A stretch of DNA of 43,756 nt, from the NCBI GenBank assembly GCA_000934665.2, contig JYFJ02003307.1, forward strand, positions 1 to 43,756, in the 5' to 3' direction. The notes below the pieces were generated by a model. That model was not told the DNA's origin. It made no database searches and saw only the letters and a list, made by a program, of their open reading frames with translations. Position numbers and translations under genes: made by a program. Each line of letters starts with the position of its first letter. Position 1 is the first letter of the stretch. The DNA comes from Catajapyx aquilonaris. Taxonomy: Eukaryota. Below, piece after piece: positions 1 to 13,005 of this stretch.

Positions 1-770
1 CACTTTCCAAAAAAAGGGTCATTTGCTTGTTATACCTCCGTGGTCACTAAACCCTTAAATAAGCGTCTTTTCCTCCAGTGACCGCTCGCCTATTAGGACA
101 GCCCTCATCCCCTTTTCCAGTGATCACTGCAATGCATACTACTGGTTCACGCCGGATAAATATATAGAAGCATGATTGTGTCAAAGGGCAGCACAGAACA
201 TTGACAATCTCTGTGGCTTCGACCTTTCAATCGTAAACCCTGACACCGGCATCATCTAATCTCATTATTATGAACAGAAAGCTATCTGGACCGAACTTGA
301 TCGTCTCATCAGAGTCCGATGAACTTGTATGCATCCTCGTGTTTTTATTGGAGGCATTTTTATTTACTAATAACCTTTCCTGCTGACCTCATGACACACT
401 TCCAAGTAGACCTCGCGGATTATTATCACTTGGACACTGCATATTCTGCGAGTTTATATAGTTGAGCAGATGTGTCAGTGTCTGAGGGCATCAGCTGCAG
501 CGGCACATGATTTACGTTCACAGAAACACTAAGACGTCACAGCAATCCATATGATGCCCCACAAAACGGCACTCCGCCCATTCCTTTCTCGATAATTACG
601 CTGACGCGGATCTCTGCGGAATCACAGAATGTCACTATACGTAAAGCTGCACTATGGCATGGCAAAATCGAAAAGGTTATACTCAAAGGGTCAACAATCA
701 TGCGTCTATATATTTATGCGAACCAGTATAGTTCGCATTGCAGTGTGTAGTTACGTTTTGACCCATCAAG

Positions 771-2380
771 ATGAGGTCCCAAGTGGCACGTCTCTTTCTG
801 GCTATTTTGATTTGTGTTGGGGGAAGCAGCAGTGCATCCAATGATGTGGACGATAATGTGGCTGAAAACATCGGGAACTACGGCAATGTGGAATTAATAT
901 CCAGGACACTAATCAGCGATGAAGAGTTGAGGAGGGTAATTAGCATTGTTGTCCAGGCCATAGAACCGGTTGTGCGCCTGGCTGTGGACGACGGATTGAC
1001 TCTAGCCAGTGAGTTATAAGTTTGCAATGTTGCACGATTGAAACTTCTGATGTATCAGATAAATCTAAATTCTTACCTTTCAGAGAGAGAAATGAGGGAG
1101 AATAATGAAGGAGTGATTAATAAATTGAAAGGAGTCCAATTTCTGCAAGAGGAGGTCTCCAGCAGACTCGCCATTCATGTGGAGGTATGTCCATGTAACA
1201 CTTGTCACTTCTAATAAGGGAGATACCGCATCACAAAACTGCGATGCATACCCGATCCTGAACATTGCCTGGCATCATTATAATTAATGCACTTGTTGCA
1301 TAATTGTCCAAATTAATGTTTCAGGGCACGAGCAAGCAGTTAGAGACGCTGGAAAACATTCTCACGAAGGAAATGGAAAAATTTCGTAGTGGCATGCTCA
1401 GCCTGAAATCACATGTGCAAGAGGTCAGCCGACACGTGTCCAACGTTGAGAAGAACTTGTTCCAGAAAATGCAGATTAGCTCTGAGGTTCTTACATCGAT
1501 GGCAACTGACTTGAAACATGTGAAGGTAAAGGTCAGCACTTGGGTCAGCATAAAATTAGTCATTCCCATGGAAGAGTTTAACACGATGAAATCTCCACAG
1601 TCCTCTGAAGACAGGATAAGAGAAGAGGTCAAAATGGCAGCCGGTGTCGTCCAGTGGTCAGCCAACCAGACCCAAACTGTGATCGGTGACAAGCTGGATC
1701 TCTTGTCCCTCACGTGCATCGATGGACAGGTCGAGGGTGAGCACAGCTTGTGCTTGTTCATTGAGCTTGTTTTTTAAAGGGGTCATATCTGCATAAAACC
1801 TTAATTTTGAAAATGTCTCTCTTTTGCAGTAATAGTTCCATCAATAACCCCTCCGTCACCAGCCACGGAAGAAGCCGTCCCAAAATGTCCTGACCCTTTC
1901 ATAGTCCTGGGAGAGGGATGCTACCACTTCTCCGGTAGCTCGACCAAAATGACCTGGGACGAGGGGAAGTCGTACTGCGAGTCACTCGGAGGACACCTGC
2001 TCATTGCAGAAACCGCGGAGGAAAACGCTTTGGTTGTGGAGCACCTCAAAAGCTGTAAGCAAGTCTCCTTACATGAATAATATTATACTGTATACTTTAA
2101 GTGGCACGCTATGCACATGAATGGATCGGACTGTCTGAGACGACGGTTCTTTCCAGCACAAGTCCAGCTGGACTCGTACATAGGAGGCAGTGACAGAGGA
2201 CAGGAGGGAGACTGGTACTGGCTGGACCCTTCCCGTCCAATCCTCTGGTATGACTGGGCAAGCGGACCTCAGCAACCAGACAATTGGGAGGGAAACGAGC
2301 ACTGCCTGCAATACAATCCATGGCACCAGTGGAATGACATTACCTGCGACAAATCCTTCAGCGTCATCTGCGAAATGTGA
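771..2380 (+). CDS. Secreted C-type lectin: signal peptide, helical/coiled-coil stalk and C-terminal long-form CTLD with QPD/WND motifs
   Basis: Six phase-compatible GT-AG exons: 771-1008, 1084-1184, 1325-1525, 1601-1736, 1830-2054, 2157-2380. Hydrophobic N-terminus MRSQVARLFLAILICVGG. CTLD reads CPDPFIVLGEGCYHF...TWDEGKSYCESLGGHL...YIGGSDRGQEGDWYW...QPDNWEGNEHC...WNDITCDKSFSVICEM. QPD is the established galactose-type motif. Confidence 0.92.
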
Positions 2381-2658
2381 GGGGATGCAAGACCACGTAG
2401 AATGCGAACATGTCAAATCCAATATGGACATCCAAATAAACGATGCACATAATGTCATCTTGAAGTTCTCCCCTTAAAGTATATAGTACTCTCATGTATA
2501 AACATGTAGTGTTATCATTCTATAGTATATCCAGTTTGGCCATTTTCCAAAGGTGACGTAATACATGGCATGCATATTCCGCAACCGCTGATTCCAGTAC
2601 AGGACACGTGAGATTGTGGGCTGCTTCCTCTCTGCTAGTCTGCACTTCACACTCCAAG

Positions 2659-5113
2659 ATGAACACGCCATCATCAGTTGCGCCTGTCCTGTTTCATGTC
2701 CTTCTCTTTGTGCTTCCTCCATTTGGAACCGTGACTCAGGACAATCCGATTCTGTCCGATTACGAAGGGGTGTCACAAAAATGCGACTGCCAACTGCTGT
2801 CGGAAGAGGACGTCTCGAGTATCGTCCAGTCAGTGGTCGGGTCACTCCAGCCAGTGGTCATCCAGGCAGTGCACGACCAGGTCATCCACGTCTGTGAGTA
2901 TTATATATGACACTCTGGTGAATCTCGGATTGTCCTCATGTTCATGAATCTCGGCGTGTTGGGCAGGATCTAGATCAAATGATCTAGATCCTGGATCTAG
3001 ATCCCAAACGCGTGATCTATGATCTGATCTAGGTACTTTTAAAATGGAGTATCTGTACTTGTATCTAGATACGTTTTTCATGGGATCTATGATCTAAAGA
3101 TCTGAATTTTCCAGATCATGTCTTTTTTTCGAAATGTTCCTGATGCTCAAATCATTTTCAAAAGATTATGTCCAGTCTAGGTAAAAAAGGGGACCGAAGA
3201 TGGCAAGTCAATATATTATGTCAAAATTTGCAAGTTTATATTATTTTTTAAATCACGGAATGTATTTTAAAGAAGAACTGTGTAGGCGTGGCCTATTAAT
3301 TGGATAAGTTTGTGCTTTTCAATTATACAAGTTCTCGTGTATTATGTAATTCATACTTGTCAAAATTATGAAAATAGAGACTAATACGTAGACTATTTCA
3401 ATTGCAAGGTCATAATTTTTGACACATTCATCAATGGATCTTTTCTCAGTGTTTTCTCTTGCAATTTAGCAATATGCCCATGGGGGCGGGTGGCAGACAA
3501 TATTCAAATTCCCTGTATCCCTCTTCACTAAACTGCTAATTGACGTAAATCACTTTAGGTTGTGTGATCTGAAATCTGATCCTATCTATCTACAGAGATT
3601 AGATCATACCTAGATCCTTTAGAATTGAGAGATCTGAACTGGGATCTAGGTACGAAAACGCTGAAGTATCTGGGATCTGATCTAGATACATTTTTGGGTG
3701 ATCTTTCCCAACACTGAATCTCGCAGCATACTCGAGCAAACGGAACAGCGAGGAAGTGGTGAGGAGGCTGAGTGACCTGGAGGTCAAGGTCGCCGGACTA
3801 GTCGGGGATGTTCGGAAGGACATCGTAGCCGCGCTGGAAAAAGCAAAAAGACACTCGAGTGTATGCAAACATCGATAATTTTTTTTTCGATTTGGTGTGT
3901 ATACATATGTTATTCGAGTAAAATACCTGTTTTCCGTTCAGATTGTCGAGGAAAGTCCTACTTCTCTGAGAAATACGACCGATGCGCCTGTCGTTACTGC
4001 CGATCTGTTGGATTCCACTCTTCCATCTGGTGAATATGCCACACCTAATTAACAAATTACCAATACCTTGTGAAGCCCAGATTGCCTAATTATCCTTGAG
4101 CCTTGCGGTCAAGGCATAAAATATACTGCAATTTTTAATTTCCATCTCCAATTTCATCCTCTCCAGACTCCCGTTTGATGTACCGCGGAAATGCATCTCA
4201 TTGCTCCGAAATTCAAGACCAAGGATGGACCGAATCCGGCGTTTACCCTGTGATCATATCCGGAGAACGAGTACTGGTGAGTCCAGTGCCATATGATGTT
4301 ACCTTATGCCGATAATTTAATCAGGAGGATGTAGACAACAATTATTCTACAAAAAATGATTTGTACGTACTGAATGACTTCAAGTGATCTCGAATTTGTC
4401 GCGTGTCAGGTGCAGTGCGATCTCGAAACTGACGGAGGAGGCTGGACCGTCATACAGAGAAGGGATGACGTCCCTCATCACGTCGACTTCAACAGGGGAT
4501 GGGACGATTACAAGAGAGGCTTTGGCCACTTGGAAACCGAATTCTGGCTAGGTGAGTCAAGTGTCGTTCCCAATGCACTGGACGTGTGTGCAATCAGTAA
4601 AATGTTATAATTGGCACGAGAGTCCAACTGATCCCATCAGGTCTGGACAACATCCACGGCCTGACCTCTTCCAGCACTCCGATGAGACTCCGTGTTGACC
4701 TGGAGGATTGGGATGGGGAGAAGGCCCACTCGGAGTACGACGTATTCAGAGTAGGGGACGGACGGAGGATGTACCGTCTCCATGTGAGGGGGTACAGGGA
4801 CGGGGTGGGGTGGGGCGGGGACTCGCTGTCCTTCCACCACTCGGGACGTCCCTTCACCACCCGGGACAGGGACAACGACGACTCGGCCTCCTCCAACTGC
4901 GCCCAACTGGCCCGCGCCCCCTGGTGGTACGGCAAGTGCCACTGGTCCAACCTGAACGGGGTCTATCTCCAGCAGGAGGGACACAAGAATAGCTTCAATG
5001 TCTACAAAGGAGTCGTCTGGGACACCTGGAAGGGGAACACCTACTCTCTTCGAAGGGCGGAGATGAAGGTCAGGCCCAGCAGGGACCAGCGACAGTGGTT
5101 CGTCCCTTTCTGA
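2659..5113 (+). CDS. Secreted fibrinogen-related protein (FREP; ficolin/tachylectin-5-like FBG domain) with helical N-terminal stalk
   Basis: Exons 2659-2893, 3727-3860, 3942-4029, 4167-4276, 4410-4551, 4641-5113, all phase-compatible. FBG motifs: [82 protein letters not shown]. Confidence 0.93.
2955..3716. mobile_element. hAT-like MITE with GATC-rich subterminal repeats in FREP intron 1
   Basis: Right end GATCTTTCCCAACACTG (to 3716) versus left end C-GTGTTGGGCAGGATC (from 2955). Flanking 8-mers AATCTCGG (2947-2954) and AATCTCGC (3717-3724) match 7/8, consistent with an 8-bp TSD. Both subterminal regions are dense in GATCT/GATCTAGATC and the core is AT-rich and non-coding. Confidence 0.75.
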
Positions 5114-5679
5114 AGAAACAATGATTCTGTGGTGCATTTCACAGTTTAGCTGACTTCGACCCTGATGAAACAATAGCGCAGACCACTTTGATAATACGTA
5201 AGTGTCCAGGCCAAGAGATGAAAGAAAACGTCATCGCATTTGACTAATAAGAAACACCCTGTATATATTTTAATACTCTCGAAGGTACAGTAAAATTATT
5301 TGTAATAAAGTCATGCGATTTTGCACGAGCCCAGGGACCACGTTCGTCCAGCCCCATCTCCCATTCCTTATTACCCTGCATATTTGTCGTACAATCACTA
5401 CAACCTTGTATAATTATGCTGTAAGCCGCATGATATAGCATTACCTAAAAGCTCAACTTTTCATAACAAGTACACAGATGCCATTGGAATGGACCCAGTG
5501 GGAGTAATAACTTACTCGAATTCTGACCCAAATATTTTAGGCAGCTAGATTATCCACTTCTTTTCCCACCATGACAATATGTGCAGAATAATTCATCCTT
5601 TATTAATATTATGCATTATCAGAATTCCACACCACTTGGCTATTAAAAATAATTAGGCAGAGTGGCCAGCAGTAACCTC

Positions 5680-6835
5680 CAGGCTCATGCAAATACCATG
5701 TGCCAGTTGGGGGGTCGCCGATTTCGAATTTCAGGTTATTTTGAACCAGGACGCGTACAGGGTGTACCATAAAAGCTCAATTTTAAGAACCTGTAGAATC
5801 TACATTATAAGTACGGATACTAAGCTCAATATAGGATTTTCCTATGTGTTGGGGAACACGGATTTTGATTTTTAAGCTACATTGAACCAAGACCTACAGC
5901 CTGTACCAAAAACACCATCAAATTTGAGAGTTCACAGAATAAATAGTGGAAGTAGTTGAAAATGATGCTTCCCCACAATATCACGATTGCTGATTTGGAT
6001 CATCTAGTTATTTCTAATTCAGGCACTCAGAACTTTAGGAAAGAACTCTGTGCTTCTGAAAAGGGTAGAAGTATATAATGAGTAGCCTTTGAGATTCTCA
6101 AAGGCTACTCATTATATACTTCTACCTTTAGGGCATGAATTGAACCTCCCTCGTTTGCACCTCTCAGGTGCTTTAATTTCTAAAATAACGTCTAGCTAGC
6201 AGCTAGATATTAGCAGCTGGACTATGATTTTCTAGTTACAGTAGCCTACACCCTAAAGGTCACCATAACAGCAATTTGATGATTTCGCCTTGATTATAGC
6301 CGCTTTTGCAGGGTAGGGTTTGCAAACGAATATAGCAAAAAATACAGCGATTAAAAAAATTATTTCATGCAAATTTACAGATCATTATAGTAAATAAAGC
6401 AATTATTTAATTCTTTTTGTAACCCCCTTAATTAATTAAAAACATTATTTGCAATCATTTATACGACAGTGTTTTTGGTACACCCTGCAGGTATATTGGT
6501 TCAAAATATCCTTAAAATCAAAATCACTGCAAAGCATTTGGAAATGCTGTTTTTTCACCTACATGTAGTGTTTCTAGAAGTTCTTAAATTCCATTGCAAC
6601 TTTTTGGTACACCTTGTAGGTCCAGGTTCAAAATAACCTAAAATTTGAAATCAGCCACCTCGAAAACATGGGGAGACAATAATGTTCTTTTACGTGCTTA
6701 AACGGTTTAGTTGAGGAGCTATCATTGTCGATCGCGTTTTTTTCTGATAACATATTGACATTTTTTAAATCCACGTGAAAACGGGGGTGTCAAAAAGTGG
6801 CCAAAAATCGGTCACGTGGTATTTGCACGACCCCT
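5680..6835. mobile_element. Composite non-autonomous inverted-repeat element: outer TIR plus inner two-unit inverted arms
   Basis: 5680-5702 CAGGCTCATGCAAATACCATGTG is an imperfect reverse complement of 6813-6835 CACGTGGTATTTGCACGACCCCT. Inside, about 5710-5776 and about 5860-5915 are imperfect reverse complements of about 6601-6661 and about 6470-6528 (shared core ATTTTGAACC...GTGTACCAAAAA). Confidence 0.65.
6064..6126. repeat. Perfect 31-bp-arm palindrome with a 1-nt spacer
   Basis: GGTAGAAGTATATAATGAGTAGCCTTTGAGA-T-TCTCAAAGGCTACTCATTATATACTTCTACC, read directly from the sequence. Confidence 0.95.
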
Positions 6836-7134
6836 CCACATTTGCTTCAGGTAGGGTCATCATCCCTTGAACAACTCTAAGGCTCAAATATCCCACGTAT
6901 TAGGAGGCTTTTGATTATAGTGTGTAATATATGTGTAGGGATGAACATCCTGCAGGAAATTATACCCAACCGCCATGGCTGCTAAGCTTGCAGAATATTC
7001 CCTGCATATTGTACTTGCAATATTATTGTAAACTTCATATCGATTTAATATTGCAGCCACATTCTATTAGCTATGCCTCAATGCCATCAGAAATGATGTA
7101 GAGCATGTTGGTCTCGGCCAAGGTGGTTAATTAA

Positions 7135-8145
7135 TTAATTAATAAATAATTCAGGGGATGACCACCCGCAGAAGTCCTTCCCAGCTGCTGCTTCCTTCCA
7201 CTGGTGGTACCTCCGTTGCGCCTTCCCCCTCACCCTGTCCAGATCCGCCTTCAGCGCTTCCTCCAGAGCTGCAATCTCCTTCTTGTACTTCCCTTCCTCC
7301 GCCCCCAGCTTCCTCAGCTGACTGACGAGCTCCGCTTCCACTGCCTTCACCTGCGCCATCACCTCCTCCTCCTTCATCCGATTGAGCACGATCCTCTTCT
7401 CTCTCTCCATGTAGTCCTGGTACAGCCTCTCCTTGGCCTCCCTCATCCACACCTCCTTCTCCGCCTTCTGGTGCTGGATCCCCTGCACCAGTTCCACCAG
7501 GCAGAGCACCTTCTTGTGGTGAGCCACCTTGGCCATCTCCCCCTCCTCCTGCAAGGCCTGGATTTCCTTCAGGTGCTCCTCTTCCTTTCCGACCCGTAGC
7601 ATGTCCTCCTCCAGGAACAACTTGAACGCCTTCGTCTCTTCTTCAGTCCAGCCCATGTCCAATGTCATCTCCAACTTTTCCAGGAGTTCCAACCGGATGC
7701 CATCAACCTCAGCCTTCCGGCCTTCAATCCCCCGCAAGGAATCCGTCTTTTTCTGGTTCACTTCCTGCAACCACTCCTGCAGCTTGGTTTCTTCCTCTTG
7801 TGCTGCGGACAGGAATGTGCCAATCTCCGTCTCGAAGCAGTCAGTTTCGTTTCTGATCAGCCGCTGCACTTTTGTCAAAGGCCAACCCATGGCCATGCGG
7901 CATTGCTGACACTGGACATGGGCTGCCTGCAGTCTCTCCTTGCACAGATGCAGATTACTTGAAATGCTGGAGTTCAGATTTTGTTGCCGCCTCAGGAGTG
8001 AGGTGATGCTCTCCGTTATCAGTGTGTACGCAGTGGTTGTCTGTTGAGCCCTCTCCGCAAGGTCTTTGATGCACCTGCAGTGCAACTTATGGGCATAGGC
8101 GGCAAGAATTGCAGCTGGATTACTTGGCACACCCACGGAGAACAT
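7135..8145 (-). CDS. Orphan ~336-aa alpha-helical/coiled-coil protein, single coding exon (family member A)
   Basis: Uninterrupted ORF. The first ATG is at 8145 (the ORF track starts at an upstream GTG), preceded 13 nt upstream by a TTTTCCAG acceptor. E/K/Q/L-rich. Clearly paralogous to 34561-35550 and 36628-37620 (AKVAHHKKVLCLVELVQGIQHQK). Confidence 0.85.
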   Translation of the reverse strand: MFSVGVPSNPAAILAAYAHKLHCRCIKDLAERAQQTTTAYTLITESITSLLRRQQNLNSSISSNLHLCKERLQAAHVQCQQCRMAMGWPLTKVQRLIRNETDCFETEIGTFLSAAQEEETKLQEWLQEVNQKKTDSLRGIEGRKAEVDGIRLELLEKLEMTLDMGWTEEETKAFKLFLEEDMLRVGKEEEHLKEIQALQEEGEMAKVAHHKKVLCLVELVQGIQHQKAEKEVWMREAKERLYQDYMEREKRIVLNRMKEEEVMAQVKAVEAELVSQLRKLGAEEGKYKKEIAALEEALKADLDRVRGKAQRRYHQWKEAAAGKDFCGWSSPELFIN

Positions 8146-9447
8146 GCTGAGCTTCACACTGGAAAAGGAATATTGTTAGTCACTATTTTCAAATGTGCAC
8201 GGTACATATGCATCATACAAAATACCCCACGAACCGTTGTTCGCAATTTGAACATATTACACTGAATCATACGCGTGTACTATCCTTTCAAAGGACCACA
8301 TGCCCCTTTGTTCAACGATGCTATACATGCAACGTATCCCAAGACGCGAAATTGGCAGACATGAGCAAGAAGCATGAAATGGTTTTATACCTCTTTGTTT
8401 TCCAGCTACGAGAAGGGCCTCCGAGTGCTGCAAATGAGAGCCACCTCAGCGTCTTAGTGTAGTCTGCGCAGAACCAGCTGAGTCAGGAATGTGCCAGGGC
8501 ATGGGAGGGCAGGAAGGAGACAATGGGGAAGGCTCAGGTTGCAGCAGGCAGTCCAGTCATGAAAGCCAGATAACAACGCAGACAGCTGCAAACCAGACTC
8601 ATTAGAATACTTCTACCGGATGTGAACTGGCATGCGCCCAACTTTACCCAGTCTGGGCCAGACCTTAGCTGGAACTTCAATACAAGGCACCTCAGGTGAC
8701 AGGACAAGGCAACAATCCAACAACAAAAAACCCGACCACATGTAGGGGAGAGAGGGTTGATGCTATTGTGAAAACAACAATCTCTTGTGCAAATGAGTTG
8801 CCAGAGAACTACACAAATGTGAACAATAACATCACTTTTATTGGACTCCACACATATATTTCATGAACACTTTTTCTTCAACTTGAACAATGCAGTGGAA
8901 GCCCTCTTGGGAATAAATGTCCACAAGAACAATACTAGGAAGGGAGGGTAGGTGGCATCGCCTCTCCCGTCTCCTTGCCATGACGGCCATCATGTGAAAC
9001 TGAAGCCTTCTGTCTCTTAAAACATTGCCATGGAGGCTCCTAGTGACAGAACAAACAGCCTCTTCTTGACAGAAGCGATGGGTTCACTGGGGCCTCATTT
9101 TCCCAAGTGAACTCGGATATAAAGTGCAAAGGGTAACCTGGCCGCTCAGGATGCAACATCAGCCAGAACTGTACAAACTCCCAGTCCAGGGGAGTAACAT
9201 CCCAATCATACTAGCATCTCTTTACAAAATCTAATTTAACAAGTTGGCACCAGTACCAGTGGCAGTTAAAAAAATATGGCTGATTCAAAGTCAAACATGG
9301 CCTGTTCCACTTCGAAAAAATAAAGCTTCCCTGTATATACGAATTCCCTGTATTTAACAAAGAGAAAAAGATGCTCAAAAAGAAAACAAGCTAGTACCCA
9401 CAACTATACAAACACTGTGTACTCGGGCAATACTGGCTCCCTACACG

Positions 9448-12009
<2,562 letters not shown>

Positions 12010-13005
12010 CCTTATATTGCTGCTTGACCTCTACTGTTCACCTTGAAGCTGCCAAAGGACGACAAGGGGTTGAAGGAGGGGAAGCGGTCATACACCCAGC
12101 GTGTACCTACCTACCTACCACGGTGTATTGTTGCTGCGGTGTGTCCCCCGACGTGTCCCTCGGCCTGCAACACTGGCAGAAGAACAACAATCGAACGATG
12201 GGCGTAGGGCGTCGAACGGGGGGGAAACGAAATCCGGTTCTACAACTAGTGCAGCTGGTTCGTACCGATTGCGGCACCACTTGCAATGGCCACCAGGAGG
12301 CGGTGAAATCGTACATTCCGTTCCATTGTCTCGGATGGCCCCATTAGGGTAGTGTGCGATCGGCGCGCCATCTGCGAGCCATCTCGTCGCGTGCGTAGTT
12401 ACCGCGAGGGATGCGGACTACACGCGGCTAGAAGAGTGCGTGGCCAACAGGTGGCGGTGGGGTGCCAGAGGCGCCAATTACAAATGGACAATCGCTTACG
12501 TAATTGAAACTGCGTGGAATTAACCCACTTATTGTTAATGGATCAGGCCCAAACCTCTCTCAGCTACGAGCCCCTTCAACTACGGACTATCTCCCGCCCG
12601 CGTGTTTGTTTGGTATATTCCTACTCCCTGTGCTGGAGCGTCGTTGCCAGATCTCCGACCACGTGACTCTATCCTCCTCCTCCTCTCCTGATGACCTGAC
12701 CCCGAAAGACGCCCACCGAAGGACACCCAGACCCTCTCCGAATATCAGGTGGTTCCTGCCTGACCCCTCGACACAGCATGGCAGCCTCCGTCGCATGAGA
12801 GGCAACCTCAATCACAAGCAACAAAGAAGGAAGAAAGGGAAGGGAGAGAGTCACAAGCACAACACTTGACCCCCCAACAGGTGATAACAACTACTGTAGA
12901 CACTGCATGCTAATTTCATGGGGAATGCTGCTGCTTTTAAATAAAATTTATGGCATTAAAATAAGGCATTGACAAGTATAGGTGCGTATTGTGCAGCTTG
13001 AAGCG

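Noticed and set aside
2960..3120. Dense GATC/GATCTAGATC repeats resembling bacterial Dam-site clusters or a CRISPR-like array
   Set aside because: There is no constant repeat-spacer period and the context is a eukaryotic intron. They are explained as subterminal repeats of the hAT MITE.
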